64,000 nucleotides of DNA, taken from Thermodesulfobacteriota bacterium (lineage in GTDB: Bacteria; Desulfobacterota; Desulfobacteria; Desulfobacterales; C00003060). Numbering within the stretch: the first letter of the stretch is position 1; each line of letters starts with the position of its first letter. The notes under the pieces were generated by a model. It was given only the letters and a program-made list of their open reading frames with translations. It had not been told where the DNA came from and did no database searches. The DNA is taken from assembly GCA_034189385.1 (NCBI GenBank), contig JAXHVD010000013.1:68259-132258 (forward strand), read 5' to 3'. This document shows positions 17,630 to 27,936 of the stretch, in pieces. The translations under genes and the position numbers were made by a program.

Positions 17630-17775
17630 TAGATTGACATAGGGGGCAATCCTTCATTCTGCGGTTCAGAAGGCAGACAAAGAGGTCTTCGTGTCTTAAG
17701 GCATAAGGTTTTGCAGTCAGCCCTTGGCTGGCGCGCAGGGGCCGATCGACGGTTCTGTGTAAGGAGGAATGGTTT

Positions 17776-19590
17776 ATGGAAAAGCAGTATAAGTTTTCCA
17801 TCTGGTATGTGCTCATCGCCATCTGGATCGTGCTGATTCTTCAAAACATGATCTTCCAGTTCTTTTCAGTAGAGAGGGTGCCGTACAGTGAATTTGTCAA
17901 GGCTCTGCAAGGGGGGAAGGTGATAGAGGTGGCCGTGACCCAGGATCGCCTTCAGGGAAAGATGAGGGTCGAAAAGGACGGCAAAGAGACAGAAAAGGTG
18001 TTCAGCACCGTCCGTGTGGATTCGAACCTTTCCGAACTGTTGGAGAGGTATAATGTCACCTTCAAGGGGGTTGTGGAGAGCAACTTTCTAAAGAACCTCG
18101 CTTCGTGGGTCATTCCTATCTTTATTTTTGTGGGTGTCTGGTACTTCATGATGAAACGTTTTGCTTCGCAACAGGGCGGTTTCCTGACGCTAGGTAAGAA
18201 AAAGGCGAAGGTCTACGTGGAAGATGAAGTCGGGGTGCGCTTTGAAGATGCCGCCGGCGTCGACGAAGCCAAGGAGGAACTCGTGGAAGTGATCGAGTTC
18301 CTGAAGTTCCCAGACAAGTTCACAAGATTGGGCGGAAAGCTTCCCAAAGGGATCTTGCTGGTGGGCCCTCCGGGAACGGGTAAGACCCTCTTGGCCCGAG
18401 CAGTAGCCGGAGAAAGCGGTGTGCCCTTTTTCAGCATGAGCGGCTCAGAGTTCGTGGAACTCTTTGTGGGCATGGGCGCCGCCCGCGTACGGGATCTCTT
18501 TGCCCAAGCTAAAGAGAAGGCCCCTTGTATCATTTTCGTTGACGAACTTGACGCCCTGGGCAAGGCTCGGGGTATCGGCATGACCGGGGGCCATGACGAG
18601 AGAGAACAGACCTTGAACCAGCTCTTGGTGGAGATGGATGGATTTGACCCCACCATAGGGGTCATTCTGATGGCCGCCACCAATCGTCCGGAGATTCTGG
18701 ATCCGGCCCTGCTGCGAGCCGGCCGCTTTGACCGACACATCCTGGTGGATAGACCGGACAAAAACGGCAGAGCGGATATTCTGAAGGTTCACTTAAAAGG
18801 GATCACGATGGGCAAAGACATTGACGTGGATGCCGTGGCAGGGATGACGCCCGGATTTGTGGGGGCCGATTTGGCCAATCTGGTGAACGAAGCCGCCCTT
18901 TTGGCCGTGCGGCACGACAAAGAGAAGGTCGGGATGGCCGAGTTTCAGGAGGCAGTGGAACGTATCGTTGCCGGACTGGAAAAGAAGAACCGTCTCATCA
19001 ACAAAAAGGAAAGAGAAATTGTGGCCTATCACGAGGTGGGCCATGCGCTCGTGGCCCTTTCTTTGCCCGGGACCGACCCGGTTCGAAAGATCTCCATCGT
19101 GCCGAGGGGGGTGGCCGCCCTGGGTTATACTCTCCAGGTGCCCACCGAGGACCGCTTTCTGATGAGCAAAAGCGAACTCTTGAACAAGATCGCTGTGGCA
19201 CTCGGCGGCCGGGCCGCAGAAGAGATCAAGTTTGAAGACATCTCAACGGGCGCACACAATGATCTTGCCAGGGCTACGGATATTGCGCGAAGCATGGTCA
19301 AGCAATACGGTATGAGCCCCCAGCTGGGCCACATCTACTTTGAGAAAGAACGCACTCGGCAGTATTTTCTTGATATGGGGATGAGTTCACCAAAAGACTA
19401 CAGCGAGAAGACGGCAGGACTCATTGACCATGAGATGAGGGACATTATTGACCAGCAGTACCAGGTGGCCAGGGGGATACTGACCAAGCATAGAAAGGCC
19501 CTGGATGAGGGGGCGGCCCTGGTGTTAAAAGAAGAGAACATCGAGGGCGATCGCTTGAAGAACCTCCTTGGAGCCGAGAAGACAGGCTAG
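17776..19590 (+). CDS. ftsH: ATP-dependent zinc metalloprotease FtsH
   Basis: 604 aa with two N-terminal TM helices, AAA+ Walker A GPPGTGKT, Walker B IIFVDELD, an SRH region and the zinc site HEVGHA. Confidence 0.95.
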   Translation: MEKQYKFSIWYVLIAIWIVLILQNMIFQFFSVERVPYSEFVKALQGGKVIEVAVTQDRLQGKMRVEKDGKETEKVFSTVRVDSNLSELLERYNVTFKGVVESNFLKNLASWVIPIFIFVGVWYFMMKRFASQQGGFLTLGKKKAKVYVEDEVGVRFEDAAGVDEAKEELVEVIEFLKFPDKFTRLGGKLPKGILLVGPPGTGKTLLARAVAGESGVPFFSMSGSEFVELFVGMGAARVRDLFAQAKEKAPCIIFVDELDALGKARGIGMTGGHDEREQTLNQLLVEMDGFDPTIGVILMAATNRPEILDPALLRAGRFDRHILVDRPDKNGRADILKVHLKGITMGKDIDVDAVAGMTPGFVGADLANLVNEAALLAVRHDKEKVGMAEFQEAVERIVAGLEKKNRLINKKEREIVAYHEVGHALVALSLPGTDPVRKISIVPRGVAALGYTLQVPTEDRFLMSKSELLNKIAVALGGRAAEEIKFEDISTGAHNDLARATDIARSMVKQYGMSPQLGHIYFEKERTRQYFLDMGMSSPKDYSEKTAGLIDHEMRDIIDQQYQVARGILTKHRKALDEGAALVLKEENIEGDRLKNLLGAEKTG

Positions 19591-19806
19591 CTGTCTGTCG
19601 GTATCTTTCGATCGTGTTGGAGGTGGCCGAATGCAAAGGGGTTGTCGCCCAAGTCCCTTTTGCCTGAACCGTTTTTGCATGGATCCATCGCTTGTCCGAG
19701 CCCGCCTTGTATGGCAGATTCGTTGGAATCTATGGACAAGAAATGTTTCAAAGAAGGGCCTGGAGGAATTTCTGTCTGGGCAACAGCCCGTAGAAAGGGG
19801 GAGGAG

Positions 19807-20136
19807 ATGAAAAAAGCTGGTTTGGGTCTTTTGATCGTCTGTTTGCTGGGATCGGTCGGTATGGGAGCGGAGAAGGAAAAAGGCGTGTTCCATGAATTGA
19901 GGTGTGACATATGTCACAAGGCAGAGCCTTCCGGAAACTCGCCTTCTTTGAAGGAAATAGCCCAGGGTTACCAGGGGAAAGAAGATCACCTCCTGGGCTA
20001 TTTGAAGGGGGATGTGGACCCCATCGTGAAACCGGGCGGCGCAGGTGTGATGAAGAGATATCTTGAAAAGACAAAGGCCCTTTCAGCTACGGAGACGAAA
20101 TCATTGGCTGACTTTATCATGAGCCAGTCAAAATAG
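19807..20136 (+). CDS. Small periplasmic monohaem c-type cytochrome
   Basis: ATG 19807 follows GGGGGAGGAG. The signal peptide is MKKAGLGLLIVCLLGSVGMGA, there is a single CDICH haem motif, and a distal Met candidate lies in GAGVMKRY. Confidence 0.7.
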   Translation: MKKAGLGLLIVCLLGSVGMGAEKEKGVFHELRCDICHKAEPSGNSPSLKEIAQGYQGKEDHLLGYLKGDVDPIVKPGGAGVMKRYLEKTKALSATETKSLADFIMSQSK

Positions 20137-20252
20137 GAAACAAGTCTTAGGGCAACAGCCCGTCCAGACCCAGCCATTTCAAGTCCGGTGTGTTAGGGAT
20201 ATCGACCTTGGAGATGTGGATGTCTCCTAAGATGAAATAGGGAGGTGACGCT

Positions 20253-20957
20253 ATGGAAGGAGCCCCTGTAGCAAGAGAAAGAACACAGGTCGTGGTCAAC
20301 GATTTTGTGAGGAGTGTTTACAACTGGATGGGCGTGGGACTTGCACTGACCGGATTTATCGCCTTGTACGTCTCCACCAGTGAGACCCTGATGCGGCTCG
20401 TTTTCGGCAACCAACTTATTTTTTTCGGGTTGATCATAGCCGAGCTTGCCCTGGTCTTTTCCATAAGCGCGAGAGTAGACAAGATGAGCGCAGGCACAGC
20501 CACCACCCTCTTTGTTATCTATTCCGCCCTCAATGGGGTGACCTTGTCCTTCATATTTCTCGTCTATGCCCGGGCCTCCATTGTAAGTACGTTCTTCATC
20601 TGCTCAGCCACTTTTCTGGCGTGTAGTGTTTACGGCTGGACGACCAAGAGGGATTTGACCTCCTGGGGCGGATTTCTCATGATGGGGCTGATCGGTGTCA
20701 TTATCGCCTCTTTGGTCAATATGTTCATCCAAAGCAGCGCGGTGAACATGATGGTCAGCTACATAGGGGTGCTCGTATTTGTGGGCCTGACCGCCTATGA
20801 TACCCAGAAATTGAAAAACATGGCCGTGACACAGCCCGCTGGCCTTGACGCCGCCGTGATCAAAAAGGGAGCTGTTTTAGGTGCCCTGTCTCTTTATCTT
20901 GACTTCATTAACCTCTTCTTGCTGCTGCTCAGGATTCTTGGCCGGGGGCGGGACTAG
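20253..20957 (+). CDS. Bax inhibitor-1/YccA family membrane protein
   Basis: 234 aa with seven predicted TM helices. The N-terminus (FVRSVYNWMGVGLALTG) and C-terminus (ALSLYLDFINLFLLLLRILG) are typical of BI-1/YccA. Confidence 0.8.
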   Translation: MEGAPVARERTQVVVNDFVRSVYNWMGVGLALTGFIALYVSTSETLMRLVFGNQLIFFGLIIAELALVFSISARVDKMSAGTATTLFVIYSALNGVTLSFIFLVYARASIVSTFFICSATFLACSVYGWTTKRDLTSWGGFLMMGLIGVIIASLVNMFIQSSAVNMMVSYIGVLVFVGLTAYDTQKLKNMAVTQPAGLDAAVIKKGAVLGALSLYLDFINLFLLLLRILGRGRD

Positions 20958-21080
20958 GTTTTAAAGGAGACATGTTTGGGGTTTGTCGATCGTGTGCCGC
21001 TTGCCCTTGTGATACTGAGGCCCAGGCTAGTGATGCAGCGTGACCAAGAGTAAGGCGTAAGAGGTATTCTTATTGCTTCC

Positions 21081-22511
21081 ATGAAAGCGCATTCAAAACG
21101 GGCAAGGACCAAGATTGTGTGCACCTTGGGCCCGGCCACCTTTGCGGCCGATGGCATTCGGCGGCTTATTCTCTCGGGAATGGATGTGGCTCGTCTCAAC
21201 TTTTCCCATGGGGACCACGACACCCATCGTCAGACCCTTCGGATCATCAGAGAGCTCTCTAAGGAATTGGGAAAAGAGGTTGGGGTCCTCCAGGACCTTG
21301 GGGGACCGAAAATCCGTATCGGAAACCTGCCGGTTCAAGAAAGACGCCTCCAGCCTGACGAACCTGTTGTTCTGAGCCCAGCGGCCACATCGGATCCATC
21401 CGTGATCCCCGTGAACTATCCTTATATTGTGGAGGACGTAGAAGTCGGCAGTCGCATTCTCCTTGCCGACGGCCTGATTGAACTTGAGGTGCAAGGGAAA
21501 GAGGCGGACCGGCTGGTTTGTCGGGTGGTGGTGGGAGGGATGGTGCAGTCTCACAAGGGGATCAATTTGCCATCCAGCACGCTCAGGGTGCCGGCTTTCA
21601 CTGACAAGGACCGGGAAGATCTTGCCGTTGGATTGGAAGAGGGAGTGGATTTTGTAGCCCTATCCTTTGTTCGTCACGAACAGGACCTGGAACCGGTGCG
21701 GGCAATTTTAGACCAGAGCCCGAAACCTCCTTTGTTGATCGCTAAGATTGAAAAAGCCCAGGCCATCCAAAGGTTTGATAAGATCCTGGCCATGGTTGAC
21801 GGTGTCATGGTGGCCCGGGGTGATCTGGGCGTAGAAATGCCTCTGGAGGCGGTGCCGATGATCCAGAAGAAGATCATTCGGATTGCCCGTCAGTCTGGCA
21901 AACCGGTGATCACTGCCACGCAGATGCTCCGATCCATGGTTGAGAGCCCCCGGCCCACCCGCGCGGAGGCAACGGATGTGGCAAACGCTATTTTAGACGG
22001 TACGGATGCCCTGATGCTCTCCGAGGAGACGGCTATGGGAGCTTATCCCATAGAGGCTGTGAAGGTCCTCGACAGAATTGCTCGAACCACGGAACCGTAC
22101 TTAAGGGAACGTGACTTGCTGAACGAACCAATGGCCGAGTCCCTTCCCATGACCGCGTCGAGCATCAGTCGGTCTGCCTGCTGGATGGCTGACAATCTTC
22201 ATGCAGCCGGCATCGTTGCCGGCACGTCTTCGGGCAGCACGGCCCGTTTAGTGGCGCGATTTCGACCCGCATGCCCTGTGGTGGGGTTGACCCCTCGCCT
22301 TGAGACGCAACGCCAGTTGACCTTGTCTTGGGGGGTACTCCCCACCTTGGCGACATCCTTTTCAGACACAGAGCAGATGTTTGACTTGGCCCGTTCATGG
22401 GCCGTGGAGTACGGCCTTGCCCGCCAAGGAGACCGTCTAGTCGTGACTGCGGGCGTCCCGTTGGGAGCCCCTGGAAGCACGAATCTTCTGAAAGTCATTG
22501 AGATTACATAG
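21081..22511 (+). CDS. pyk: Pyruvate kinase
   Basis: 476 aa. Motifs: TKIVCTLGPA, MDVARLNFSHG, VMVARGDLGVEMP and ATQMLRSM. Confidence 0.95.
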   Translation: MKAHSKRARTKIVCTLGPATFAADGIRRLILSGMDVARLNFSHGDHDTHRQTLRIIRELSKELGKEVGVLQDLGGPKIRIGNLPVQERRLQPDEPVVLSPAATSDPSVIPVNYPYIVEDVEVGSRILLADGLIELEVQGKEADRLVCRVVVGGMVQSHKGINLPSSTLRVPAFTDKDREDLAVGLEEGVDFVALSFVRHEQDLEPVRAILDQSPKPPLLIAKIEKAQAIQRFDKILAMVDGVMVARGDLGVEMPLEAVPMIQKKIIRIARQSGKPVITATQMLRSMVESPRPTRAEATDVANAILDGTDALMLSEETAMGAYPIEAVKVLDRIARTTEPYLRERDLLNEPMAESLPMTASSISRSACWMADNLHAAGIVAGTSSGSTARLVARFRPACPVVGLTPRLETQRQLTLSWGVLPTLATSFSDTEQMFDLARSWAVEYGLARQGDRLVVTAGVPLGAPGSTNLLKVIEIT

Positions 22512-22740
22512 GCCCAGAAAGGGACAGGAGTGCGTATGGTGAAGTTGGTGCTGCTCCGCCGCGGGCCAGCGAGCCTTGAACCTGGAAAACTTGATATACG
22601 AATGCATGTCTCCTTCGGAGATGGTTGGAATTACTCGCTTTCAGGCGAAGTAAGTTTTCAAGTGTTTGGATACAGCCGTGTAGGAGTTTTGTCGTTCCGG
22701 CCCTGTATCAAGGACGGGGTAGACTGCAGCCGGGCACGCA

Positions 22741-22782
22741 GTGCCTCTTTTGAAGCCGCCGGGCGCAAACTTGAGATACATG
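22741..22782 (+). repeat. Dispersed repeat, copy D (terminal module only) upstream of glgP
   Basis: GTGCCTCTTTTGAAGCCGCCGGGCGCAAACTTGAGATACATG matches the terminal module of copies A and B, including the CTTGAG..GATACATG tail shared with copy A. Confidence 0.5.
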
Positions 22783-22800
22783 CTTAGAGGAATGTAAGAC

Positions 22801-24927
22801 ATGGAGTCTGAAGAAAGTCTATTTCTCAACCTCCCCCAGCGTCTTGTGGGACTGGGGGAGCTGGCTGAAAATTTGTGGTGGAGCTGGCATCCCGCTGCGA
22901 GAATGCTTTTCAAGACGCTGAGCCGTCGAGCGTGGAAGGAGACCGGCCACAATCCCGACAAACTGCTCAGGGAGTTGCCCCAAGAGATTTTAGAATCAGC
23001 CGCCAAGGATCCTGAGTATTTGCGCCAGTATGACGTCGTGCTTGCTCGGTTTCAGGGGGAGATTTCGGAGGCATGCTGCCTGGTCAATGCCGGAAGTGAT
23101 CCGAACATCCACGCCATCGCCTATTTTTCCGCAGAATATGGCCTGCATCATTCCTTGCCCTTTTATGCCGGGGGATTGGGTTTTTTGGCCGGGGATTTTG
23201 TCAAGGAGTGCAGCGACTTGAGGTTGCCAATGGTGGCTGTGGGCTTCATGTATCCGGAGGGCTACGTTCAACAGCGGATTCGCGAAGACGGCTGGCAGGA
23301 GAACCTGGATCAGGCCCTTGACCGGGATGCTGCGTCCATATCCAGGGTTCTGAATGAAAAGGGAGAGCAGGTGGTGGTGAAAGTCCCTTTTATCGAGCCG
23401 CCCATTCATGTGGCCGTGTGGAAGGTGACGGTCGGCAGGGTCCCCCTTTTTCTCATGGACACGGATATTGAGATCAACGATCCGTGGTACCGCGCCATAT
23501 CGGCGCGTCTCTACACGGGCGACATTGAGCAGCGGCTGCGGCAAGAAATCGTCCTCGGCATTGGAGGGACAGAGGTCTTGCAGGCCCTTGGCATCAAACA
23601 CACGGTACTCCATCTAAATGAAGGACACGCTGCTTTTGCCCTCCTTGAGAGAATTAGGGCCAGGGTGGAGGCAGGAATGGGGTATGAAGAGGCTGCAGAC
23701 CAGGTAAGGCGCACCGCCATTTTCACGACCCACACCCCGGTGCCGGCAGGTCATGATGTGTTCCCTTTTCAATTGATGGGAAAGTACTTTCATTCTTACT
23801 GGCCGGCCTTGGGCCTGGATCACGACAGGTTCCTGGAGCTGGGTGTTCACCCCCAAGAACCGGCAGCAGGATTTAACATGACGGCCTTTGCCCTCAGAAT
23901 GTCCGGGTATAGCAATGCCGTGAGTAGAAAACACGGGGAGGTGAGTCGGCGCATGTGGCAGAGCCTGTGGCAGGAGGGGGCTGAAGATCACGTGCCCATT
24001 GGCCATGTGACCAACGGTGTGCATGTGCCCACATGGATTGAACCCAAGCTGGAACTCCTTTTCAATAAATATCTCGGCCCAGACTGGTTGCGGGATCACG
24101 ATAATCCCTCTCTTTGGGAGTTGATCGACAATGTCCCGGATGAAGAGCTATGGCAGACCCATTACTGGCTGAAGATCAAATTGATCGATGCCGTGCGGGA
24201 GCGATCTCGCCAGCTCTGGGCCAAGGAGCGGGTCAGCCCTTCCATTGGGCTTGCCGGAGGAGCCTTGCTGGACCCTTCAGTATTGACATTGGGCTTTGCA
24301 AGACGCTTTGCGACCTATAAAAGGGCGGATCTCATCTTCAGTGATATGGAACGATTGAAAAGGCTTCTGAACGACAGATGGAGGCCGATACAGATTATCT
24401 TTGCGGGCAAGGCCCACCCGGCAGACGACCCGGGCAAGCGCATTCTGCAGAGAGTATTTAATGCTGCCCGCGACCCGGAGATGGGCGGGCGGATCGCCTT
24501 TGTACAAGATTACGGTGAGCAGTTTGCACAATACATGGTCCATGGGGTGGATGTATGGTTAAATACCCCTCTACCGCCCATGGAGGCAAGCGGCACGAGC
24601 GGCATGAAAGCGGCCTTAAATGGCGTGCCCCAACTGAGTATCATGGACGGGTGGTGGATCGAGGGATTCAACGGCAAGAACGGTTGGGCCTTTGGGCAAG
24701 AAGCAATAGACGGGAACGGGGACCAGCAAGACGCCGATGGCCTTTACACTATTCTGGAAAAGGAAGTCATCCCTCTTTACTATAAGGTCTCGGACAATGG
24801 TACGCCCCACGACTGGGTCAGGGTCATGAAGGAGTCTATCAAGAGCAATGGGGCCAGGTTTTCAAGTAGGCGGATGGTGAGGGAATATACTCAAAAATTC
24901 TATATGAAGGCGTTGAAAGAGGCATGA
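22801..24927 (+). CDS. glgP: Alpha-glucan (glycogen/maltodextrin) phosphorylase, GT35
   Basis: 708 aa with the short bacterial alpha-glucan phosphorylase architecture. The PLP-lysine region is EASGTSGMKAALNG. Confidence 0.9.
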   Translation: MESEESLFLNLPQRLVGLGELAENLWWSWHPAARMLFKTLSRRAWKETGHNPDKLLRELPQEILESAAKDPEYLRQYDVVLARFQGEISEACCLVNAGSDPNIHAIAYFSAEYGLHHSLPFYAGGLGFLAGDFVKECSDLRLPMVAVGFMYPEGYVQQRIREDGWQENLDQALDRDAASISRVLNEKGEQVVVKVPFIEPPIHVAVWKVTVGRVPLFLMDTDIEINDPWYRAISARLYTGDIEQRLRQEIVLGIGGTEVLQALGIKHTVLHLNEGHAAFALLERIRARVEAGMGYEEAADQVRRTAIFTTHTPVPAGHDVFPFQLMGKYFHSYWPALGLDHDRFLELGVHPQEPAAGFNMTAFALRMSGYSNAVSRKHGEVSRRMWQSLWQEGAEDHVPIGHVTNGVHVPTWIEPKLELLFNKYLGPDWLRDHDNPSLWELIDNVPDEELWQTHYWLKIKLIDAVRERSRQLWAKERVSPSIGLAGGALLDPSVLTLGFARRFATYKRADLIFSDMERLKRLLNDRWRPIQIIFAGKAHPADDPGKRILQRVFNAARDPEMGGRIAFVQDYGEQFAQYMVHGVDVWLNTPLPPMEASGTSGMKAALNGVPQLSIMDGWWIEGFNGKNGWAFGQEAIDGNGDQQDADGLYTILEKEVIPLYYKVSDNGTPHDWVRVMKESIKSNGARFSSRRMVREYTQKFYMKALKEA

Positions 24928-25289
24928 GGCAATGAAACACCGTTTGGCGAGGGTGTCGCGCTCTAGAGGTTATGCGCAAAGGACAAAAAGGGCTTCAGGT
25001 GAAGATCGGTGAATTTAAAGAGGAATGGACGCTCCGAGCGATGACACACAACCCCTAAGAAGATCTTCCACTTGGCATGCACGCTGAGCAGCTCATGCTG
25101 AAAATCATCTGGTATTTCGGTTTTTCGGAAAAAACTGGTCTGGTTGTAGGAGGGCTGGCTGGCGAGAGCAAGCAACTCAAGCAGGTCTTTAGCATAAGAA
25201 CCTCATCATTGAACTGAATAAAATCCAATAAGGAAAGCAATTGAATGGGCAGTATAGATTTGTCTCACCTGATAAGGAGTAATTTATTC

Positions 25290-26771
25290 ATGAATGTTAA
25301 TTTTCAATACAGGCCTATCTTTCTTCTCTTATGTTTTAATGCCCTTTTTGCGTTCAATCTTTACGGCTGCATTCAGAAAAAATCATATAATTATAAAGAT
25401 GTCAAAAAAGAGGTAGAAGTTAAAAAGATGTCGACCTCTTTCAATCGAAAAACCGTGCAAGAACCGGATTTTATTGTTCCTTCATCACCTTTACCCTTGG
25501 TGGATGCTATCAAAATCGCCCTTCAAAATAATCCTGAAATCGAGATGGCCGTAGCCCGGATAAACCAGTCCGAGGCGTTGATCGACGAAGCAACAGCATC
25601 ATTCTGGCCTGTCATCTCGACCTTCATGGAATACATACAGGGTGATGCTCCTTCTGCCTTTCTCTTCAAGACCATGGACCAAAGGAAATTGCAGCAGGGT
25701 GTCAACTTCAATGACCCTGGCTGGTTTGAAAATTACGAAATCGGTTTAAAAGCGACGATCAACCTCTACAATGGAGGACGAGATTTGCTTCGCAAGCGAA
25801 TGGCCGAGACTGGCCTTGAAATTTATGAACTAGATTATCAGAGTGTTGAGAATGCACTCATTGCATCCGTAATTGGGGGATATTTCAATGCCCTTGCAGC
25901 CAACGATTTCATAGAGATCGCCAAGGAGTCTGTAACTACGGTTGAGAAACAACTTAGAATCATGCGTGTGAGATATGAAGAGGGAGGGGCTCTCAAATCG
26001 GATGTCCTTTCCCTTGAGGTGCGATTGGCCCAGGCACGGGAAGATCTTGTTAGGGCCAGAAACAATTACATGCTTTCCATTGCAGCCCTTTCGAATCTTC
26101 TGGGTTTACATCCAAATGTGGCTCTGTCATGTAAAAAAGGTGAAGAGACCCCTTTAGAATTACCACCTGATTACGAATCAGGTATCGTTCACGCCCTCGC
26201 CAACCGTCCCGAACTGCAAAAAGTAAGGCTTCAGATCATCCAATCACGAATGGGTTTGGATGTGGCCCGTGCGGGATATATCCCTCGCCTAGATGCTCAG
26301 AGCAGGGTCTATTATGATGATCCAGATTTTGATTTTTCTGATGACCGGAGGAACTGGACAGCCGGTGTCATCCTGAATTGGGATCTCTTCTCAGGATTCA
26401 GTACGAGAGCTCACGTTGCCAAGGAAAGAGCAATTCTTGAAGAGATGATAGCCGCTGACCGAAAAACCACCCAGGCCGTCCAATTGGATTTGAAAACCGC
26501 TTATCTAAAGATGGCGGAGTCTGAGGCGCGTCTGGAGGTAACAAAGGCAAGCGTTGCCCAGGCAGACGAGACCCTGAGACTCGTTAAGAAGCAATATGAG
26601 GGTGGTTCCGCGAGCATCACTCGATACCTGGATGCGGAACTGACAAGAAACAAGGCCAAGATTAGAACCGCGGCTGCACTCTATGACCTGCAAAAGGCCA
26701 AAGCCGCGGTGGGCCGTGCACTGGGTATTTGGGCCATCTTTGCGGAAGGAGTACATGACAAGTATGAATAA
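25290..26771 (+). CDS. TolC/NodT-family outer membrane efflux protein
   Basis: ATG 25290 follows TAAGGAG. A lipoprotein-like signal ends in LYGC, and there are two OEP repeats with long coiled coils. It is the first gene of an OMF-MFP-RND operon. Confidence 0.85.
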   Translation: MNVNFQYRPIFLLLCFNALFAFNLYGCIQKKSYNYKDVKKEVEVKKMSTSFNRKTVQEPDFIVPSSPLPLVDAIKIALQNNPEIEMAVARINQSEALIDEATASFWPVISTFMEYIQGDAPSAFLFKTMDQRKLQQGVNFNDPGWFENYEIGLKATINLYNGGRDLLRKRMAETGLEIYELDYQSVENALIASVIGGYFNALAANDFIEIAKESVTTVEKQLRIMRVRYEEGGALKSDVLSLEVRLAQAREDLVRARNNYMLSIAALSNLLGLHPNVALSCKKGEETPLELPPDYESGIVHALANRPELQKVRLQIIQSRMGLDVARAGYIPRLDAQSRVYYDDPDFDFSDDRRNWTAGVILNWDLFSGFSTRAHVAKERAILEEMIAADRKTTQAVQLDLKTAYLKMAESEARLEVTKASVAQADETLRLVKKQYEGGSASITRYLDAELTRNKAKIRTAAALYDLQKAKAAVGRALGIWAIFAEGVHDKYE

Positions 26772-27936
26772 AAGTTTCAAGAGGATGTTAAGGATTGTGA
26801 CCTATATCTCGGGTGCATTGCTGCTTGTTCTATTTATCATCTACATGGGGGGATTATTGACTCCGGGGAAAATCGGACCGGGCAGGGTAAAAAAGATATC
26901 TTCAGAGTTCATCCCACCCGGAAAAACGGGCCGTGCTGAGATTTCCAAGATTACAGAATTCTACGAAGCCATTGGAACGGTGCGTCCTCGGACCGAGACC
27001 AAAATCGAAGCCCAGGTAACGGGCAGGGTCATGGAGGTCCTTGTTCGACCCGGTGATGCGATCAGTAAAGGGAAGCTTCTGATCGTGCTGAATAGCGAAG
27101 AGTTTCAAGCCCGTGTGGATCAGGCCAGACAGGGCCTAGTTTCGGCAGTAGCCCGAAAAGAACAGGCCAAACAGGGCGTTTTTGCAGCCCGGGCGGCTTA
27201 TGCGGAGGCGGAATCCACCTACCAAAGGGTAGAGAAGTTCTTTGCATCGGAGGCTGCTACGAAACAGGATTTGGAACAAGCCGAATCGGCCTATCTTCAG
27301 GCTAAGGCTAGGCTGAAACAGGCCGAAGATGTCTTGAAGGAAGCGGAAGCCGGGGTTAACCGCACGAGAAAAATCGTTGAAGAGAGTTCTATCACCCTTG
27401 ATTATAACAAAATAAGGGCTCCGGACAATGGACAGGTGGTCGAACGTTTGGCAGAACCCGGTGACCTGGCCTGGCCCGGCAAGCCTCTGCTCGTGCTACA
27501 GACCAGGGAAGCCCTCCAACTGGAGGCCCTCGTCCGTGAAGGACTGATTCATAAGGTAAACCCCGGCATAGCCCTTGAGGTCCACATAAACGCTCTGAAC
27601 AGAACCATGGAGGGAAAAGTGGAGGAAGTGATCCCATCTGCGGATCCATCGACGCGGACATTCCTCGTCAAGGTGGGCCTTCCAACCCAGCAAGACCTTT
27701 ATCCCGGTATGTTCGGACGCCTGCTTGTCCCTATCAAAGAGAATGAAGTTGTCGTGGCCCCAGGTTCCGCGATACGTCGCATAGGCCAGCTAGATGTCGT
27801 GATGATCGAGGAGAAAGGTGAATGGAAAGAGATTTTTGTCAAAACGGGCAGACCCGTGAGCGGTGACAAAGTTGAAATCCTCTCCGGGCTCAATGGGAAT
27901 GAGACCATCGCGCTGTTAGGAGAAAAAGATGCCTGA
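26755..27936 (+). CDS. RND efflux periplasmic adaptor (membrane fusion protein, HlyD family)
   Basis: ATG 26755 follows GAAGGAG and overlaps the OMF stop. It has an N-terminal anchor, a coiled-coil hairpin and lipoyl/beta-barrel motifs (IRAPDNGQVV..., PGMFGRLLVPI). Confidence 0.85.
   Translation: MTSMNKSFKRMLRIVTYISGALLLVLFIIYMGGLLTPGKIGPGRVKKISSEFIPPGKTGRAEISKITEFYEAIGTVRPRTETKIEAQVTGRVMEVLVRPGDAISKGKLLIVLNSEEFQARVDQARQGLVSAVARKEQAKQGVFAARAAYAEAESTYQRVEKFFASEAATKQDLEQAESAYLQAKARLKQAEDVLKEAEAGVNRTRKIVEESSITLDYNKIRAPDNGQVVERLAEPGDLAWPGKPLLVLQTREALQLEALVREGLIHKVNPGIALEVHINALNRTMEGKVEEVIPSADPSTRTFLVKVGLPTQQDLYPGMFGRLLVPIKENEVVVAPGSAIRRIGQLDVVMIEEKGEWKEIFVKTGRPVSGDKVEILSGLNGNETIALLGEKDA

Noticed and set aside
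24963-25240. Minus-strand ORFs in the glgP-tolC spacer as a possible regulator or transposase remnant
   Set aside because: No recognisable HTH or DDE motifs are present. The evidence is insufficient to call anything.
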